A stretch of DNA of 64,000 bases from NCBI GenBank assembly GCA_963778605.1, contig CAVZVF010000001.1, positions 448,995 through 512,994 on the forward strand, in the 5' to 3' direction. Both the position numbers and the translations under genes were made by a program. The notes under the pieces were generated by a model. That model saw nothing but the letters and a program-made list of their open reading frames with translations, was not told the origin of the DNA and searched no databases. Positions within the stretch are counted from its first letter, which is position 1. Each line of letters opens with the position of its first letter. This document shows, piece after piece, positions 40,621 through 53,170 of the stretch. The stretch is from an uncultured Bacteroidales bacterium. Lineage in GTDB: Bacteria; Bacteroidota; Bacteroidia; Bacteroidales; VadinHA17.

Positions 40621-42448
40621 ATGAAAAACATAAGGCTCCTGCTGAAATACTTTAAGCCATACCGGTGGTCGGCTGCCCGCAATATCATTTATAACATTTT
40701 GAGTGCACTGTTTGCCCTGGTTTCTTATACACTCGCTATACCTTTTTTAAAAATCCTCTTCGACAGGGTTGAATATGCACCAGATCCGGGTGCTTTTCAG
40801 TTTAATGCGGAATATCTTAATGCATTCAGTAAGTACTATCTTTCAGCATTCATTGAAAAGAATGGACAGACAGGAGCATTATTTCTGGTGGTCCTGATCG
40901 TAATTGCGGCAAGTTTGTTTAAAAACGGCTTCATTTTCCTGGCCAATAACAGTATGGCATTTATAAGAGCAAGCACGGTACGTGACCTGAGAAAGAAACT
41001 TTATCAGAAGGTTCTTAAGCTTCCTTTATCATTCTTTACTGATGCAAGGAAAGGTGATGTAATGACAAGGATCTCAAATGATGTTCAGGAGATAGAAATA
41101 TCTGTAATGTCTTCACTTACAATGATTTTCAGAGATCCCATGTATATTATGATTTTTGTGATCTATTTGTTTGTGAGCAGTTACGAGTTAACCCTTTTTG
41201 CCCTGGCGCTTCTACCTGTAAGCGGCTGGCTGATCGGACGGGCAAGTCGTACCTTAAGATCATCGTCGCTTCTTGGTCAGCAACACCTTGGAAGACTACT
41301 TTCTATTGTGGAAGAAACTTTAACCGGTCTTACGAATAATCAAAGGATTTAACGCCGAAGAAAAAATGAAAGCACAGTTTGCTGAGTCAAACGAGAGATA
41401 TGCCAAGATATTCAAAAGAGTTACAAGGAAAGCTTACCTGGCTTCTCCCATCAGTGAGTTTCTTTCAACTATCGTTATAATGGTTTTAATGTACGTTGGA
41501 GGTAACCTGGCGCTGCAAGGTTCAGGTAATATGACGCCCGATAAGCTTATTGCTTTATCTGGTTGTATTTTCCCAGATCATACAACCCGCAAAGAATATT
41601 ACAACAGCTTATTTCAGCATTCAGAAAGGAATGGCTTCAATTGACAGGATTGACCAGATACTCGATGCGGAAGAAACTGATAATTGAAAAGGAAGATGCA
41701 TTAAGTGTAAGCGGATTTAATGAATCAATTGAATTCAAAGGCGTCTGGTATGCTTATAACAGCGAGCCTGTACTAAGAGATATTAACCTTAAAATAAAAA
41801 AAGGTCAGACTGTGGCTATTGTCGGTAAGTCAGGTGCAGGGAAATCAACTCTTGCCGATCTTATTCCAAGGTTCATTGATGCTGACGAGGGTAGCATATC
41901 TGATAGATGGCATTGATGTACGAGACCTTAAGATGAGAGATCTGAGATATCTCATGGGTATTGTCAGTCAGCAACCGATTCTTTTTAATACCTCGTTTAC
42001 AGAAAATATTGCATTCGGTGTTGAATCGCCGATATGGAAAAGGTTGAAAATGCTGCCACGAATTGCAAATGCTCACGATTTTATACTGGAAACAGAAAAC
42101 GGGATATGAGAATCTGGTAGGAGAATCAGGCAATAAACTTAGCGGAGGCCAGCGGCAAAGGATAAGTATTGCAAGGGCAATTATGGCCAATCCTCCGATA
42201 TTGATTCTCGATGAAGCGACATCAGCCCTCGATACAGAATCGGAAAGACTTGTTCAGGATGCCATCCTCAACTTAATGAAAAACAGGACATCACTCATAA
42301 TCGCTCACCGTCTTTCAACAATTCAGCATGCAGATTTAATAGTGGTGCTCGATGATGGAAAGATTGTCGGAAACTGGAACTCATATCAGACCTTATGAAT
42401 AAAAAGGATGGATTATACAGCAAACTTCATAACTTTCAGGCTATCTGA
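40621..42448 (+). pseudogene. ABC transporter permease/ATPase (MsbA-like lipid exporter), multiply frameshifted as sequenced
   Basis: Five overlapping ORF pieces: 40621..41352, 41366..41644, 41563..41916, 41819..42109 and 42063..42398. Walker A is GKSGAGKST, the signature is LSGGQRQRI and Walker B is [12 protein letters not shown]. The true C-terminus [18 protein letters not shown] ends at 42448. There are at least 4 breaks. Confidence 0.85.
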
Positions 42449-42588
42449 AAGATAGGCGACAGAGGTCTGAGAGACAGTTCAGGCAACAGATCACTCAATT
42501 ATCCCGTCCCGGAGAGGAGAACTGTGTGGGTCAATAAATTGTAATGATAGAGTTTCAGATTGATGGATTAATATTAAGTAAAAGAAAT

Positions 42589-44412
42589 ATGATTAAACGA
42601 AAATATTATTTTGTTGTACTGATACTTTTTTCATGCAACATTTCATCAGTTCAGTGCACAGAAAGCAAAACATACTTTTACCTTGGGAACCACAGAGTTT
42701 TTACTTGATGGCCAGCCTTTCCAGATAATCAGCGGGGAAATGCATCCGGCAAGGATACCAGCTGAGTACTGGCGTCACAGGATAAAAATGGCAAAAGCAA
42801 TGGGTTGTAACACAATAGCGGCTTATATTTTCTGGAATTATCACGAAACTGAAGACGGGGTATATGATTTTACCACAGGGAATCACAACCTTGCTGAATT
42901 TTTAAAAATTGTGCAGGAAGAAGAGATGTGGCTGCTTTTAAGACCGGGGCCTTATGTGTGTGCCGAATGGGAATTTGGAGGGATCCCTCCTTATCTCCTT
43001 CGCATACCCGACATCAAAGTCAGATGCATGGATCCGCGATATATGGCTGCTGCTGAACGTTATATTGCAAAGTTAGCAGAAGAAATAAAACCTTTCCTGA
43101 TTACCAAAGGCGGTCCAATACTTATGTTGCAGATTGAGAATGAGTACGGAAGCTTCGGGAATGACAGGAATTATATGAAACGGCTTAAAGAAGTATGGGC
43201 TTCTGCAGGAATTGATATTCCTACCTTTACAGCTGATGGTCCTATCAGCCTATATGCTTGAAGCAGGCTCTCTTCCGGGAAGTGCAGTTGGTCTTGATTC
43301 AGGTAACTCTCAGGAAGATTTTGATCTTGCAGCAAAAATAAATCCGGGAGTTCCTGTATTCAGCAGTGAAACATATCCAGGTTGGCTTACACACTGGGGT
43401 GAAGAATGGGCTAAACCTGATTCTGCAAAACTTATTAAACAGGTTAAATTTCTTATGGATAACAAGAAATCATTTAACCTTTATGTCATACATGGCGGAA
43501 CTAATTTTGGGTTTACAGCCGGAGCCAATTCAGGAGGGAAGGGCTATGAACCTGATGTTACAAGTTATGATTATGATGCTCCGGTAAATGAACAGGGTGT
43601 AGCTACTCCGAAATACATGGCACTCCGTAAATTATTGGAATCTTATCTGCCTAAAGGAAAAAAGCTTCCCGATATTCCTGATCCGATACTTGCATTTGAA
43701 ATGCCTGCCCTGAGTATGCAGTCTTTTAGTTCGGTCTGGGATAACCTGCCTCAGCCGGTCAGTTCGGTTCAGCCCAAACCATTCGAAGCTTATGGGCAGG
43801 ATTATGGATTTATACTTTACAAAACCAAACTTAAAGGTCAAAAAGAAGGGAAACTGACTGTAACTGATATACACGATTATGCAACAGTATTCCTTAACGG
43901 AGAGTATTTTGGTAACCTTGACAGAAGAGAGGGGATAAACTCAATTGACATTCCTGCAGGGAACATCAGATGTTCCGGTACTTGAAATTTTTGTGGAAGG
44001 AATGGGGAGAATAAACTATGGGCAGTATATGATTGACAGAAAAGGAATTACAGACAGTGTAACTCTTAATGGAATGACTTTAACGGACTGGGAAGTTTAT
44101 AACCTTCCATTGGACCGGCAATTTATTTACAATCTCCGATCCTCAGGTAAAAATCCTGATAAACCAGGGAAATTTTTTATAGGGAACTTCTCACTTATCT
44201 CAAAGGGAGATACATATTTTGATGTTTCGGAATATACAAAAGGAATTGTCTGGATAAACGGACATAACCTGGGACGATTCTGGAATATCGGTCCCCAAAA
44301 ACGGCTGTTTTGTCCGGCGTCGTGGATAAAAGTAGGAATGAATGAGATCATTGTTTTCGATATGATTCAGACTGAACCTAAACCGTTCAGGGCTTTTAAG
44401 ACATTAGAGTAA
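42589..44412 (+). pseudogene. Secreted GH35 beta-galactosidase, frameshifted as sequenced
   Basis: The signal peptide starts at ATG 42589. Pieces are 42683..43261, 43212..43985 and 43945..44412. GH35 hallmarks are GE.HP.RIP.EYW..R...KAMG.NT...Y.FWN.HE, GPY.CAEWE.GG.P.YL and QIENEYG. Breaks are near 42670, 43240 and 43970. Confidence 0.85.
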
Positions 44413-44714
44413 AACAGATTATCACGGTTATTTTTCGAATGCATTTTTTATTTCTTCAATTGAAACATTTAACAATGATTTTGACAATACATCTAAATGC
44501 CTTTTCCTTTCCTTCAAAATGATAAATCCGCTGAGTATGTATCATTTCTTCTCCGGGGTTCAGAAATGCAGCAGGGGAAGAATCTTCCAGTTCGTAGTAC
44601 CGGCCCATTTGATTTCATTTTAATTCATGGTTAGAATTGAGGGAAGCATTTGTTTAAGTCCGATAGCTTCTTCATCTTCAATAAATTCCTGAGGAAATTA
44701 TTATTCAATATTCC

Positions 44715-46043
44715 CTATTTCCCTGTTTTCAGACTTTTCATTTCTCCTTTGAGATAACCTACAACTGATTCTGTAAGAACCTTTGCCGCTGAAGGAGTGT
44801 ATGGTGACACATCCGGTTCGTAACCACCATATTTAAATTCCGACTCAGGGAGCATATACCCCAGCCAACCGTTGGTTAAACCGAAATAAAAAGTAAAAGG
44901 GAATGGTGAACGGTCCCGGATCTCATTTGATATTTCACAAAACAGCTCGAGGGGAGCACTCCAGATGGCCACATCATCATTGATCTTCAAAAAGCGTACA
45001 GGAAGTTTAACAATCTTTTCACCGGCTTTGGTTGTACGTGTATAGTCGTCAAGATCTGAAGTCCAGCCCATTCCGCTTTTCCTGGGAGTCTCTACTATCA
45101 ATGAACCAGTGCTCAATATCACCTTATTCGTTGTAGATGATATCATCTTGTTTGCCTCAAGTATTTTGTCACCGAGCAAAACACGAAATTGACCAAGATG
45201 TCCGGCTCTTGGATTTGGGTAAACACTATATATCGGAGCAAGATTACCCTCCGAACCGTTTATAAAAATCAATGGGGCACCTATTTTCTGTTCAACATAA
45301 TCTGCAACAATTCCCGGTGCATCTCCACTGATTTCTAGGTTTGCTCCGCTCATTACAGTTCCGTGAATTGGATAATTGGCAATAAGAGCTATAGGCGTAC
45401 CATCTTCCCTGTCAAAACGCAGCAGGCCTATTCTGCGGTCCACGGGCCCGTCGGGATTCAGGCCAAGACTGGCTTTTCCATCAACATCAACAGCACGGCG
45501 ATTGATATTTGCCTGTGAAAAGCCCCATCCTGTGCCGAGTCGGGCAGGAGTGAGGTTTTGTATGCCTTCTTTGATCCCTTTAATAATAGTTTGTTCCACC
45601 ATAGCCTGATACCTGACATCAAATTCATGCTTATAGCGGTCGCCAAGAAAAGCTGCTGCCAGACCGGGAGGGCCGAGCTCCGGTGCTGAGTGGGTATGTG
45701 TAGCTGACCACCAGAAATTCATCGGGTTGATGCCTGATTGTTGTTTGAGCATTTTTGCCACACGGTCATATTGAGACGGTGAGAACTCACAGACTTCAGA
45801 TGAAACCAGGAAGAACTGTGTTGTTCCATCATCTAAAACCAGTATTCTGCTAAAAATATGGTCATGTACACCAATTGACTTTCTTGCCTGGTAACCTAAA
45901 AGCATCTGGGAGTCTGAAGGTGTAATGTCAATTTTAACAACGGCTGCACGAAATACAGGAGTCGTAATTTTACGGTCAGCTTGCTGCCCAACCGTTATTT
46001 TACAGAGCATTGCGATAACAATAATCAATAAAAATCTATTCAT
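44715..46043 (-). CDS. Neutral/alkaline ceramidase N-terminal-domain-like secreted hydrolase
   Basis: Signal peptide, then AAVVKIDITP......LLGY..R.S.GVHD.IFSR.LVLDDG....FLVS.E.C. This is similar to the ceramidase N-domain pattern I recall. 442 aa. Confidence 0.55.
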   Translation of the reverse strand: MNRFLLIIVIAMLCKITVGQQADRKITTPVFRAAVVKIDITPSDSQMLLGYQARKSIGVHDHIFSRILVLDDGTTQFFLVSSEVCEFSPSQYDRVAKMLKQQSGINPMNFWWSATHTHSAPELGPPGLAAAFLGDRYKHEFDVRYQAMVEQTIIKGIKEGIQNLTPARLGTGWGFSQANINRRAVDVDGKASLGLNPDGPVDRRIGLLRFDREDGTPIALIANYPIHGTVMSGANLEISGDAPGIVADYVEQKIGAPLIFINGSEGNLAPIYSVYPNPRAGHLGQFRVLLGDKILEANKMISSTTNKVILSTGSLIVETPRKSGMGWTSDLDDYTRTTKAGEKIVKLPVRFLKINDDVAIWSAPLELFCEISNEIRDRSPFPFTFYFGLTNGWLGYMLPESEFKYGGYEPDVSPYTPSAAKVLTESVVGYLKGEMKSLKTGK

Positions 46044-46210
46044 TGTTTAAAGTTTAGATTGAAATTCAACAGTCTTTTGTATTAATAAATACTTTATTCA
46101 TCAATACTTTTTAAATTGCTAAATAGAAACAATAAAATTAATTTTAAAATCTTTAATGCAAAATTTATAATTGAGCGCTTCATTTATTATAATAATTATT
46201 ATCACAGTGA

Positions 46211-46365
46211 AACTAATTCTACTTTGACAGATTACATCTTACAACGATTTTTCAGTTTGTTTGCCCCGACCCTAAAGGGAGCAAACTGAAAAATCAATCT
46301 GTTCCCTTTAGGGATTAAGGGCAAAAACAGGTTGATTTTTCTATTCTGTCAAAGTAGAACTAATA
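46211..46365. repeat. Nested-palindrome intergenic repeat element (GCCCCGACC family)
   Basis: The outer 15-bp inverted repeat is ttctactttgacaga (46217-46231) / tctgtcaaagtagaa (46345-46359). Hairpin A has a 12-bp stem, tttttcagtttg (46248-46259) / caaactgaaaaa (46282-46293), with loop tttgccccgaccctaaagggag. The adjacent hairpin B (46289-46340) has the loop ccctttagggattaagggcaaa. Confidence 0.65.
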
Positions 46366-46425
46366 TGATATTTATATAAATGGCACATTAAAGTAATTCA
46401 GTAGGGACAAATTAAAATCAGGCAG

Positions 46426-47881
46426 TTGAAAAATGTTATCAAAAGAATCACGGAGCTTGAAAAGATATCAAAAGAGCTCGAGCCTTCAGAATCAGACAGA
46501 GCTGGATATTGTCAGGAAATTCAGAATTATGCGAACAGGTTTATAAATGAAATTGAGGATGCAAAAGCCTATTCGGATGAGGAAGTAAACCGGGAAAATC
46601 TGACATTAGACGGCGATAAAAAGAAATTTACAACCTTGCTGGAAACATTTGAAAATGAAGTGGTGCGTAAGGGTATCGCAGCTGCTTCCGGCGGACATAT
46701 CGGATATATTCCGGGTGGAGGAATATTTACCTCTGCAATTGCAGATTTTTTAGCTGCGGCTACTAACGCATACGCAGGACTCTATTATGCTTCCCCGGGC
46801 GCTGTAATTATTGAAGATGAAATAATAAAATGGATGAAAACTATTTTTGGTTTTCCGGAAAATGCTGTAGGAACTTTAACTTCAGGAGGGTCAATAGCTA
46901 ATCTTGATCGCATTAACGGCAGCCAGAGATAAACACAGAATCAAATCAGAGAGAATCCCAAGAAGCATTATTTATTTAAGTCCTCAGGCACATCATTGTA
47001 TTAATAAAGCATTGAAAATAATTGGATTGGAGGACATTATAATCCGTTATCTGGCTCTTGATGAATCTTTCAGAATCGATGTTAATAAACTGAATAAGCA
47101 AATAATCAGGGACAGAAATGAGGGATTAAATCCTTTTCTGGTTATTGCTTCTGCCGGAACAACTGATACAGGAGCTGTTGATCCTTTGGCGGATATTGGA
47201 ATGATCGCTCAGGAAAATAAGCTTTGGTACCATGTAGATGCTGCATACGGTGGCTTTTTTATTCTGACAAAACTTAAAAAAAAGTTATTACAGGGAATAG
47301 AGATGGCGGATTCTTTAGTTACTGATCCCCATAAAGGACTATTCTTACCTTATGGAACAGGTGCTGTTCTGGTAAAAGACAAAGAAGCTGTGTTACATTC
47401 TCATCAATACACCGCAAATTACATGCAGGATTCTGTCAGGATGGAACCAACCGTACTTAGTCCGGCCGATCTGTCACCGGAGTTAACCAGACATTTTCGT
47501 GCCCTACGGGTATGGCTGCCTTTGCAGATGCATGGTATTGAGCCATTTATAGCCTGCCTGGAAGAAAAAATATTACTCACCCAATATTTCAGAAACAGGT
47601 TGATGGAAATTGGTTTCAAAACCGGACCCGAGCCGGATCTGTCTGTCAGTTATTTTTGGTACCCATCCATGGTTGTTGAAGAAGATAAATATAATCAAAA
47701 GCTTTTAGAACTGATTCATAAAGATGGTAATGTCTTTTTCAGCTCGACAAAAATTAACAATAAATTCGTGATCAGGATCGCCGTCCTTTCATTCAGGACA
47801 AAGAAAAAAACAATAGACAAAGCACTGGAGATAATAAACAAAACCAGGATTAAACTGGAAGAAGAATTTAACTATACCTGA
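46426..47881 (+). pseudogene. PLP-dependent group II (aromatic-amino-acid-type) decarboxylase, frameshifted as sequenced
   Basis: ORFs 46426..46932 and 46904..47881. Motifs SGGSIANL | ALTAARDK, HVDAAYGG and DPHKGLF.PYG.G (the PLP lysine). The break is near 46915. Confidence 0.8.
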
Positions 47882-47896
47882 TCGTCTGTTTATCAT

Positions 47897-49251
47897 TCAC
47901 AAAACCAGCTCACTTGATCCTTTTTCAAGATCAAAACATAAAATTGAACCCGTTTTATCTGAATACCATGTATTGGCTTTTATAGCTTTTTTATCAGCAA
48001 TCTTTGAGAATGGTTTTATTTCCACCCCACTTCTTCTCAATCCCGGATGCCGGGTAATGGAATTTATTTTAAGGGTAAACCCGGGTGTGGCAAAAGGTGC
48101 AGACAATGAAAGGATATTTCCTTGCAAAGTAATGGTAGTTAATTCTTTAGCAGCCCAATATCTTGCAATTTCACTTAATTTCATCCAGTTTAGATTGTCA
48201 TATTTTTGATCGAGCCTTTTTACAACCTGTTTCATAATGTTAAAACCAATCTTCTCGCCATTAAAGTATATACCTGGCCAATGACATACGATAATCGCAG
48301 GTTCAGCACTATCAATTACATCCACCATGCGACCCGACCGGAGATCTTCGGTTATGAACATATCAGCACTTCCCGGGTGCAACCCGTCCCAGTCACCAAA
48401 CCAATCCGAAGTACAGCCTATTATGGAAACAACACATTTCGGATCTGCACCATTGAGATTGGAAGCGTGTAAGACCTGCGGGGCAACACTTTTACCTTTT
48501 TCAGTAAATGAGATCGCGAAAATAATGTGGTATTTCTGGCACCATAAACATCCTGTACTGCCTGCAGGGTGCTCAGTGCAAGATTATTCTGGTTTCGTCC
48601 GCCATAGCCTCCCGGGGTAGTTAATCCCTCGCAAGGTAATCCGGCTTCTTTTAAAATTGTGAGAGCATATGCCTGGTATGCAGCCAGTTCGTCTGAACTT
48701 TTTGTCTGGCTCCATTCCCAGTTCTCCATGAATGCAGGGGTGGCTTCCGGATAGGGCTTTCCTGTTTTAATATCAATCACACGGGTATGGCTCACCATTT
48801 CAGGATGAATATCCCAGTCAGGCACTATAACTTCACGGATAAGATTCAGACTATCCTCCAGTTCCCGCTTTGTCCAGCCTGGTATAAACCGGTTAACCCA
48901 ACCGGTACAAGCCGGATAAGGTACAACGCTATATTTTCCTTTAACACCGTTTTCGTGGCACCACTCACCAAATTCCCTTACAAAGGAGTCAGGGATTTCA
49001 CGGGGAAGTTTTCGCCAATCCTGTTTGTATTGATCAGGGGATACTTCAGCAAATTGAGGGATCCCATAATGGGCCATATTTACGAGGCAGGTTGAATCAT
49101 CTATTATCAGACCTACCGGCACCCGGTTAAAGGGATTAAGCACTTCAACTTTTTGGGGAGGACCGGTAAGTAAATTAATAAGGGGAGAAGAGGTTATGGC
49201 CACACCTCCCAAACCGGCTGTTTTAATAAATGTACGTCTGTTTGATTTCAT
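47897..49251 (-). pseudogene. TAT-signal hypothetical protein, frameshifted as sequenced
   Basis: ORF 48421..49251 begins MKSNRRTFIKTAGLGGVA (twin-arginine signal). ORF 47897..48382 continues the same protein after breaks at about 48390-48560. I recognise no family. Confidence 0.5.
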
Positions 49252-49433
49252 GGTTTTCCAGGTTAATATTAGTACCAGACAGTCTGTCCAGGGAGTTTTA
49301 TATATCCCCTAACGTTGTGCAGATAATTTATATTATGCGCAACACAGGTTCGTCAGGCATATTATGACTTATCAAAGGTTTGCCTCTGCTTTTAATAATT
49401 ATAACAATCGGCAATCATGCATAAGACCTCTTT

Positions 49434-49580
49434 GATTTTGACTTCGTCGAGCTCCGCTTCGCTCCGGTTCTTCGTTAGCCCCTTACCCTAAAGGGTGCGA
49501 AGAACCGAGTCCCGCAGGGCGAGCTCGGCGCAGCCAAAATCAATTACTCCCTTTAGAGGTCGGGGCAAATAATTGATTTT
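49434..49580. repeat. Second copy of the nested-palindrome repeat element (GCCCCGACC family)
   Basis: The long GC-rich hairpin spans 49434-49541. It combines gattttg/caaaatc, cg.cgagctc/gagctcggcg and ggttcttcg/cgaagaacc, with the loop ttagccccttaccctaaagggtg. The adjacent 11-bp-stem hairpin is aaaatcaatta (49536-49546) / taattgatttt (49570-49580). Its loop ctccctttagaggtcggggcaaa is the reverse complement of the 46260-46283 loop, apart from a single-base (t) insertion. Confidence 0.65.
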
Positions 49581-49629
49581 CAAGCATCAAAATATTTATA
49601 TGTATGAATCCCAATTGTCATATTAATAA

Positions 49630-52600
49630 TTATAATTCAGCTATTTTTCTGATAATTACAAAATAGTTGTCTTTTTCAAGTTGATTTTCTAAAAGTTTAC
49701 TGGTGTTTGTATCATTTTCATATACCGCTGTGACCCAGTGCTGAATCGGACTTCTTGAACCGGCTGAAGCACTGATTTTTTCCAACAGTATTTTGGCAGC
49801 ATCTGATTCCCCCCTCTCTTTATAAACCAATAATGCAGGCAAGTTATTTAGTGAAGACCCCGAGAAATTTTTTATCGTGAAATCAATAACTGCATTTTGC
49901 ATTGTCGCAGCCTCTTTTTTCCTGTTTAATTTTGTCATACAGTATGCCGAAAGGTAATCCTGGATTCTGTTATCTGGTTCATAAGGTTTTCCCACTCCTA
50001 GATTTTCGGGCCATTCCCTTGATTTTTCAAGCTTTTTTAACGCTTCAACGTACTTTTTATTTTGAATCAGGTTTAAGGCATTTAGCAGGTAAGCCTGCTC
50101 ATAGATAATCCTTCCCTGACGAGATCCCTCTTCAGGTAAAATATGCATTCCATCCAAAGCTTTGATGCAGGACGCATATTGACCGTTATTTAATAGGGCT
50201 GCTGCATATTGCAGTCCTATTATATTATTTTCATTGAATTTCTTATACGCTGATGATGAAATTGTAAGTGCCAGCTTGGTATTCCGATTGATTTCATAAT
50301 ATCTGATCAGTTTATTCACGGAACGCCAGTCATCAGGTGCCAGCTTTTGTGCTGTTTCGAGATCGTTTAGTTCCTGCTCTTCATCTTTCGGTTCTGATCA
50401 GGGATGCCCGGATCAGATAGAAGGGGGCATAATCCGGTTCCTGACCACAGGACCGTAATAATTGTTTAGCATCCTCTTCGCGTTGGATAGACCAATAATT
50501 CAAGGCCAGGTAATATTTAAACTTCCAGTGACTGTTTTTTGACATAGCCCAGGATAAGGCTGAAACGGTCTCAGTGCGGTATGGAAAGACAAAAGCCGCT
50601 GATTCCCTGGGCACTTCTTCAAGCAATGAAGGATCATTTTTCAGAAACGCTTTCCATATGGTGATCAGGGGATGCGCGGGTGCTTTTTCCAATACCAGCA
50701 GGGCATCATTTGTTAGTCCCAGATCATAATAATTTAAACATAACTCCAGATAGGTCTGATATGGCATTTCATTTTTAATGGTAGATGTGAAACGTGAATA
50801 ATTTTCATCCGTAGGGTGGAGAAGGTACCTCTCAAAGTCTGCAAAATGGTTCAAGGGGTCAAGCATGGCGATGGCTTCAATATTGCTATCAGCCAGGGCG
50901 GTCTTTCCGGATTTTCTGTTAAGAATTGTCAGTACCTGCAATGCATTGAAATTGAAACGGTTATAATTAAGAGACTGGTTTACATAGTGTTCTGCAAGTT
51001 CTCTGTTTTCAAGCTGTAACTGAATACCGGCCATTAACGCATAGGCCGTTGAACGAAATTGAAAGGAACGTGCTGCCCAACCCAGTTTTTCAAGTGCATT
51101 GATCAGATCACCCCTGGCATGGTAAGTCACGCCGGCATAATAATTAGTAGCAGGATGGTAAGTATCAATTTGCAGAGCTTTATGGGCAATGAACAAAGCT
51201 GAATCATACTGATTGCTACGGTAATATAATTCTGTAAGTGCTGCCATTGCATCAATAAATAACGGATCTTTGTTCAGGCACCGCTCAAAAAATGCTTTTG
51301 CAATCTTATAGCTCCTGTTTTCTTTATTCTGCATACCTTCCTGGTAAAGCGAGGCAGCAGTTGAAATATTTGTTGGCATACTGTCAACAAAAGGACGATC
51401 TATCAGATTTCTTTTGTCTGGGCTGAAACGGAGATCCATGCCTTCCACATTAACCTCATAAGCGGCACCCGGATCCAATGGCACAGAGGTTTGAAAAACT
51501 TCCATCGGTTTAAAGTTTTTATCCTCGTTATAGATAAGTTTACCTCCGGACTTAACCGTCAGTTTTGCCTGTGTAAAGGCCAGGGCATTGATCCCCATTT
51601 TAAGTTTCCCGTTTTCATGTGAAACATTTAATACACCTATCGGAGAAACATCAACAAATCCTCCTATTGATTTTACCGGGAACCATATTTCTTTCCATTT
51701 ATCTGTAAGTCCCGGATCAAATGGGACTTTGGTTATAGGGCTTTTTAATGAAGGCGAAGGTGAATACTGGTTGAACAGCCGGCCGGCCTGGAATTCCATG
51801 TACTGGCCGTCGGTATCTGTAAGAAGATCCTCCCAGATGGCACCACTCCTAGCTTGCGACCATAACCAGAGTTTATGTCCAGGCATATCATCATATAATG
51901 CCCAATGACCAAAGCCGAATTGAGACTTATGATAATAGCCTCCCATAAAATCATTATACTCTCCGACAACATGGTAAGACTTGTCAGGTCCAAAAGCATT
52001 GTTTGAGTAAAAGGATAAATCACGTCCCTCTTTGTCGATGGGCCAGGGGCCGGCAGAACCATCATGTCCGAGTTCCCGGTTCCCGGGATAGAAAAATTCC
52101 AGATCATCTGAAACAGCTGCTGCACCTGTCATCCAGACATAATACGACTGAGGAACCGGTGTGGGATTATTCCATAAAGCCCTTGTTTCAAAATAAGCTT
52201 TATCTTTTGGTAATCTGATTTCCACCCGCCATTGCGTACGGGATGGTAGGTCCAGATTTCCTACAATGCAGCTGACACTTCCGTCGGAATTTTCAGTTGT
52301 CTTATAATCAACCGGAACACATGTTGACGGATTATGCCCTATAAATCCAAAGTTTAATTCAATTCCACCAGAAGTCCAGGGACCGCGTTGGATATGTTCC
52401 TGTATTTCATCACTTCGTTACGGTAAATAAATTCCTTACCGGTACTTTTTTCTATCGCACCCCATACTTTACCACCATCCGACGGAAGAACATAAAGTAC
52501 AATATAGTCATTTTCTAGTTTTATGACATTCCATTTTCGCATCTGACCCTTTATGCTGTAACCATTGAAGGTAAAATAAGGATATATTTCTGCCTTTCCT

Positions 52601-52739
52601 TCAGCTATAACGGGCACAGGATCCGGATCACTGTATGGATAAGTGAGTATATCTCTAGTTTCTACCGTTATCGAAGCATTTGAGCCATAACCAATTGAGA
52701 AATAATTGAAAATGCGATAATTAAATTTCTTTTTAACAT
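49630..52739 (-). pseudogene. DUF5107-domain protein with a C-terminal TPR region (about 1035 aa), frameshifted as sequenced
   Basis: Pieces are 52354..52617, 50381..52225 and 49630..50319, plus a signal peptide from ATG 52739. The N-domain pattern is YPYSDPDP.P......IYPYF.F, VLPS.GGK.W....K.TGKEF.Y.N.V.K.R.I, GPWTSGGIELNFG..GH.PST..PVDY. TPR-like repeats follow. Breaks are near 52660, 52390 and 50330-50390. Confidence 0.65.
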
Positions 52740-53170
52740 GACAGTAAGAACTAAATTAGAAAGGGATGTGTTAACTTGTGAAATGATATTTTGATTTTAA
52801 AAAGTTGAGCCATATTTCAAAATTAATCAAGATAATGAAAGTGTAACGTGTAATGTAATATTTTATTTTGGCAGGTTAAATTATTAATATCACCTGTGAA
52901 TGAATATGACGGAATATAAAAACAATAGAAGATTATTGTCAACATATTGGATTGGCTGAATGATAAATATTAAAGATTTTTTCTGTTAATTTACTCCTTA
53001 GTAAAAATTTCAGCTCGTTTATTGATGCGACCCAATATGAATCACATAATAAAGTCAAAGAGTTTTATACTTTGAAGCAATACATTCAGCCATAAATATA
53101 CCTATCATTGGATAACGGGATATAGTTCGGTTTTTAAATACAATGCCACCATATCTAATTAAAAAATAAA

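Noticed and set aside
44413-44714. Short minus-strand reading frames (EFIEDEEAIGLKQMLPSILTMN*, MGRYYELEDSSPAAFLNPGEEMIHTQRIYHFEGKE.., ..RHLDVLSKSLLNVSIEEIKNAFEK*) that could be a decayed toxin-antitoxin pair.
   Set aside because: The fragments are under 60 aa and spread over three frames. I cannot match them to any TA family from memory. I noted them only as possible gene debris.
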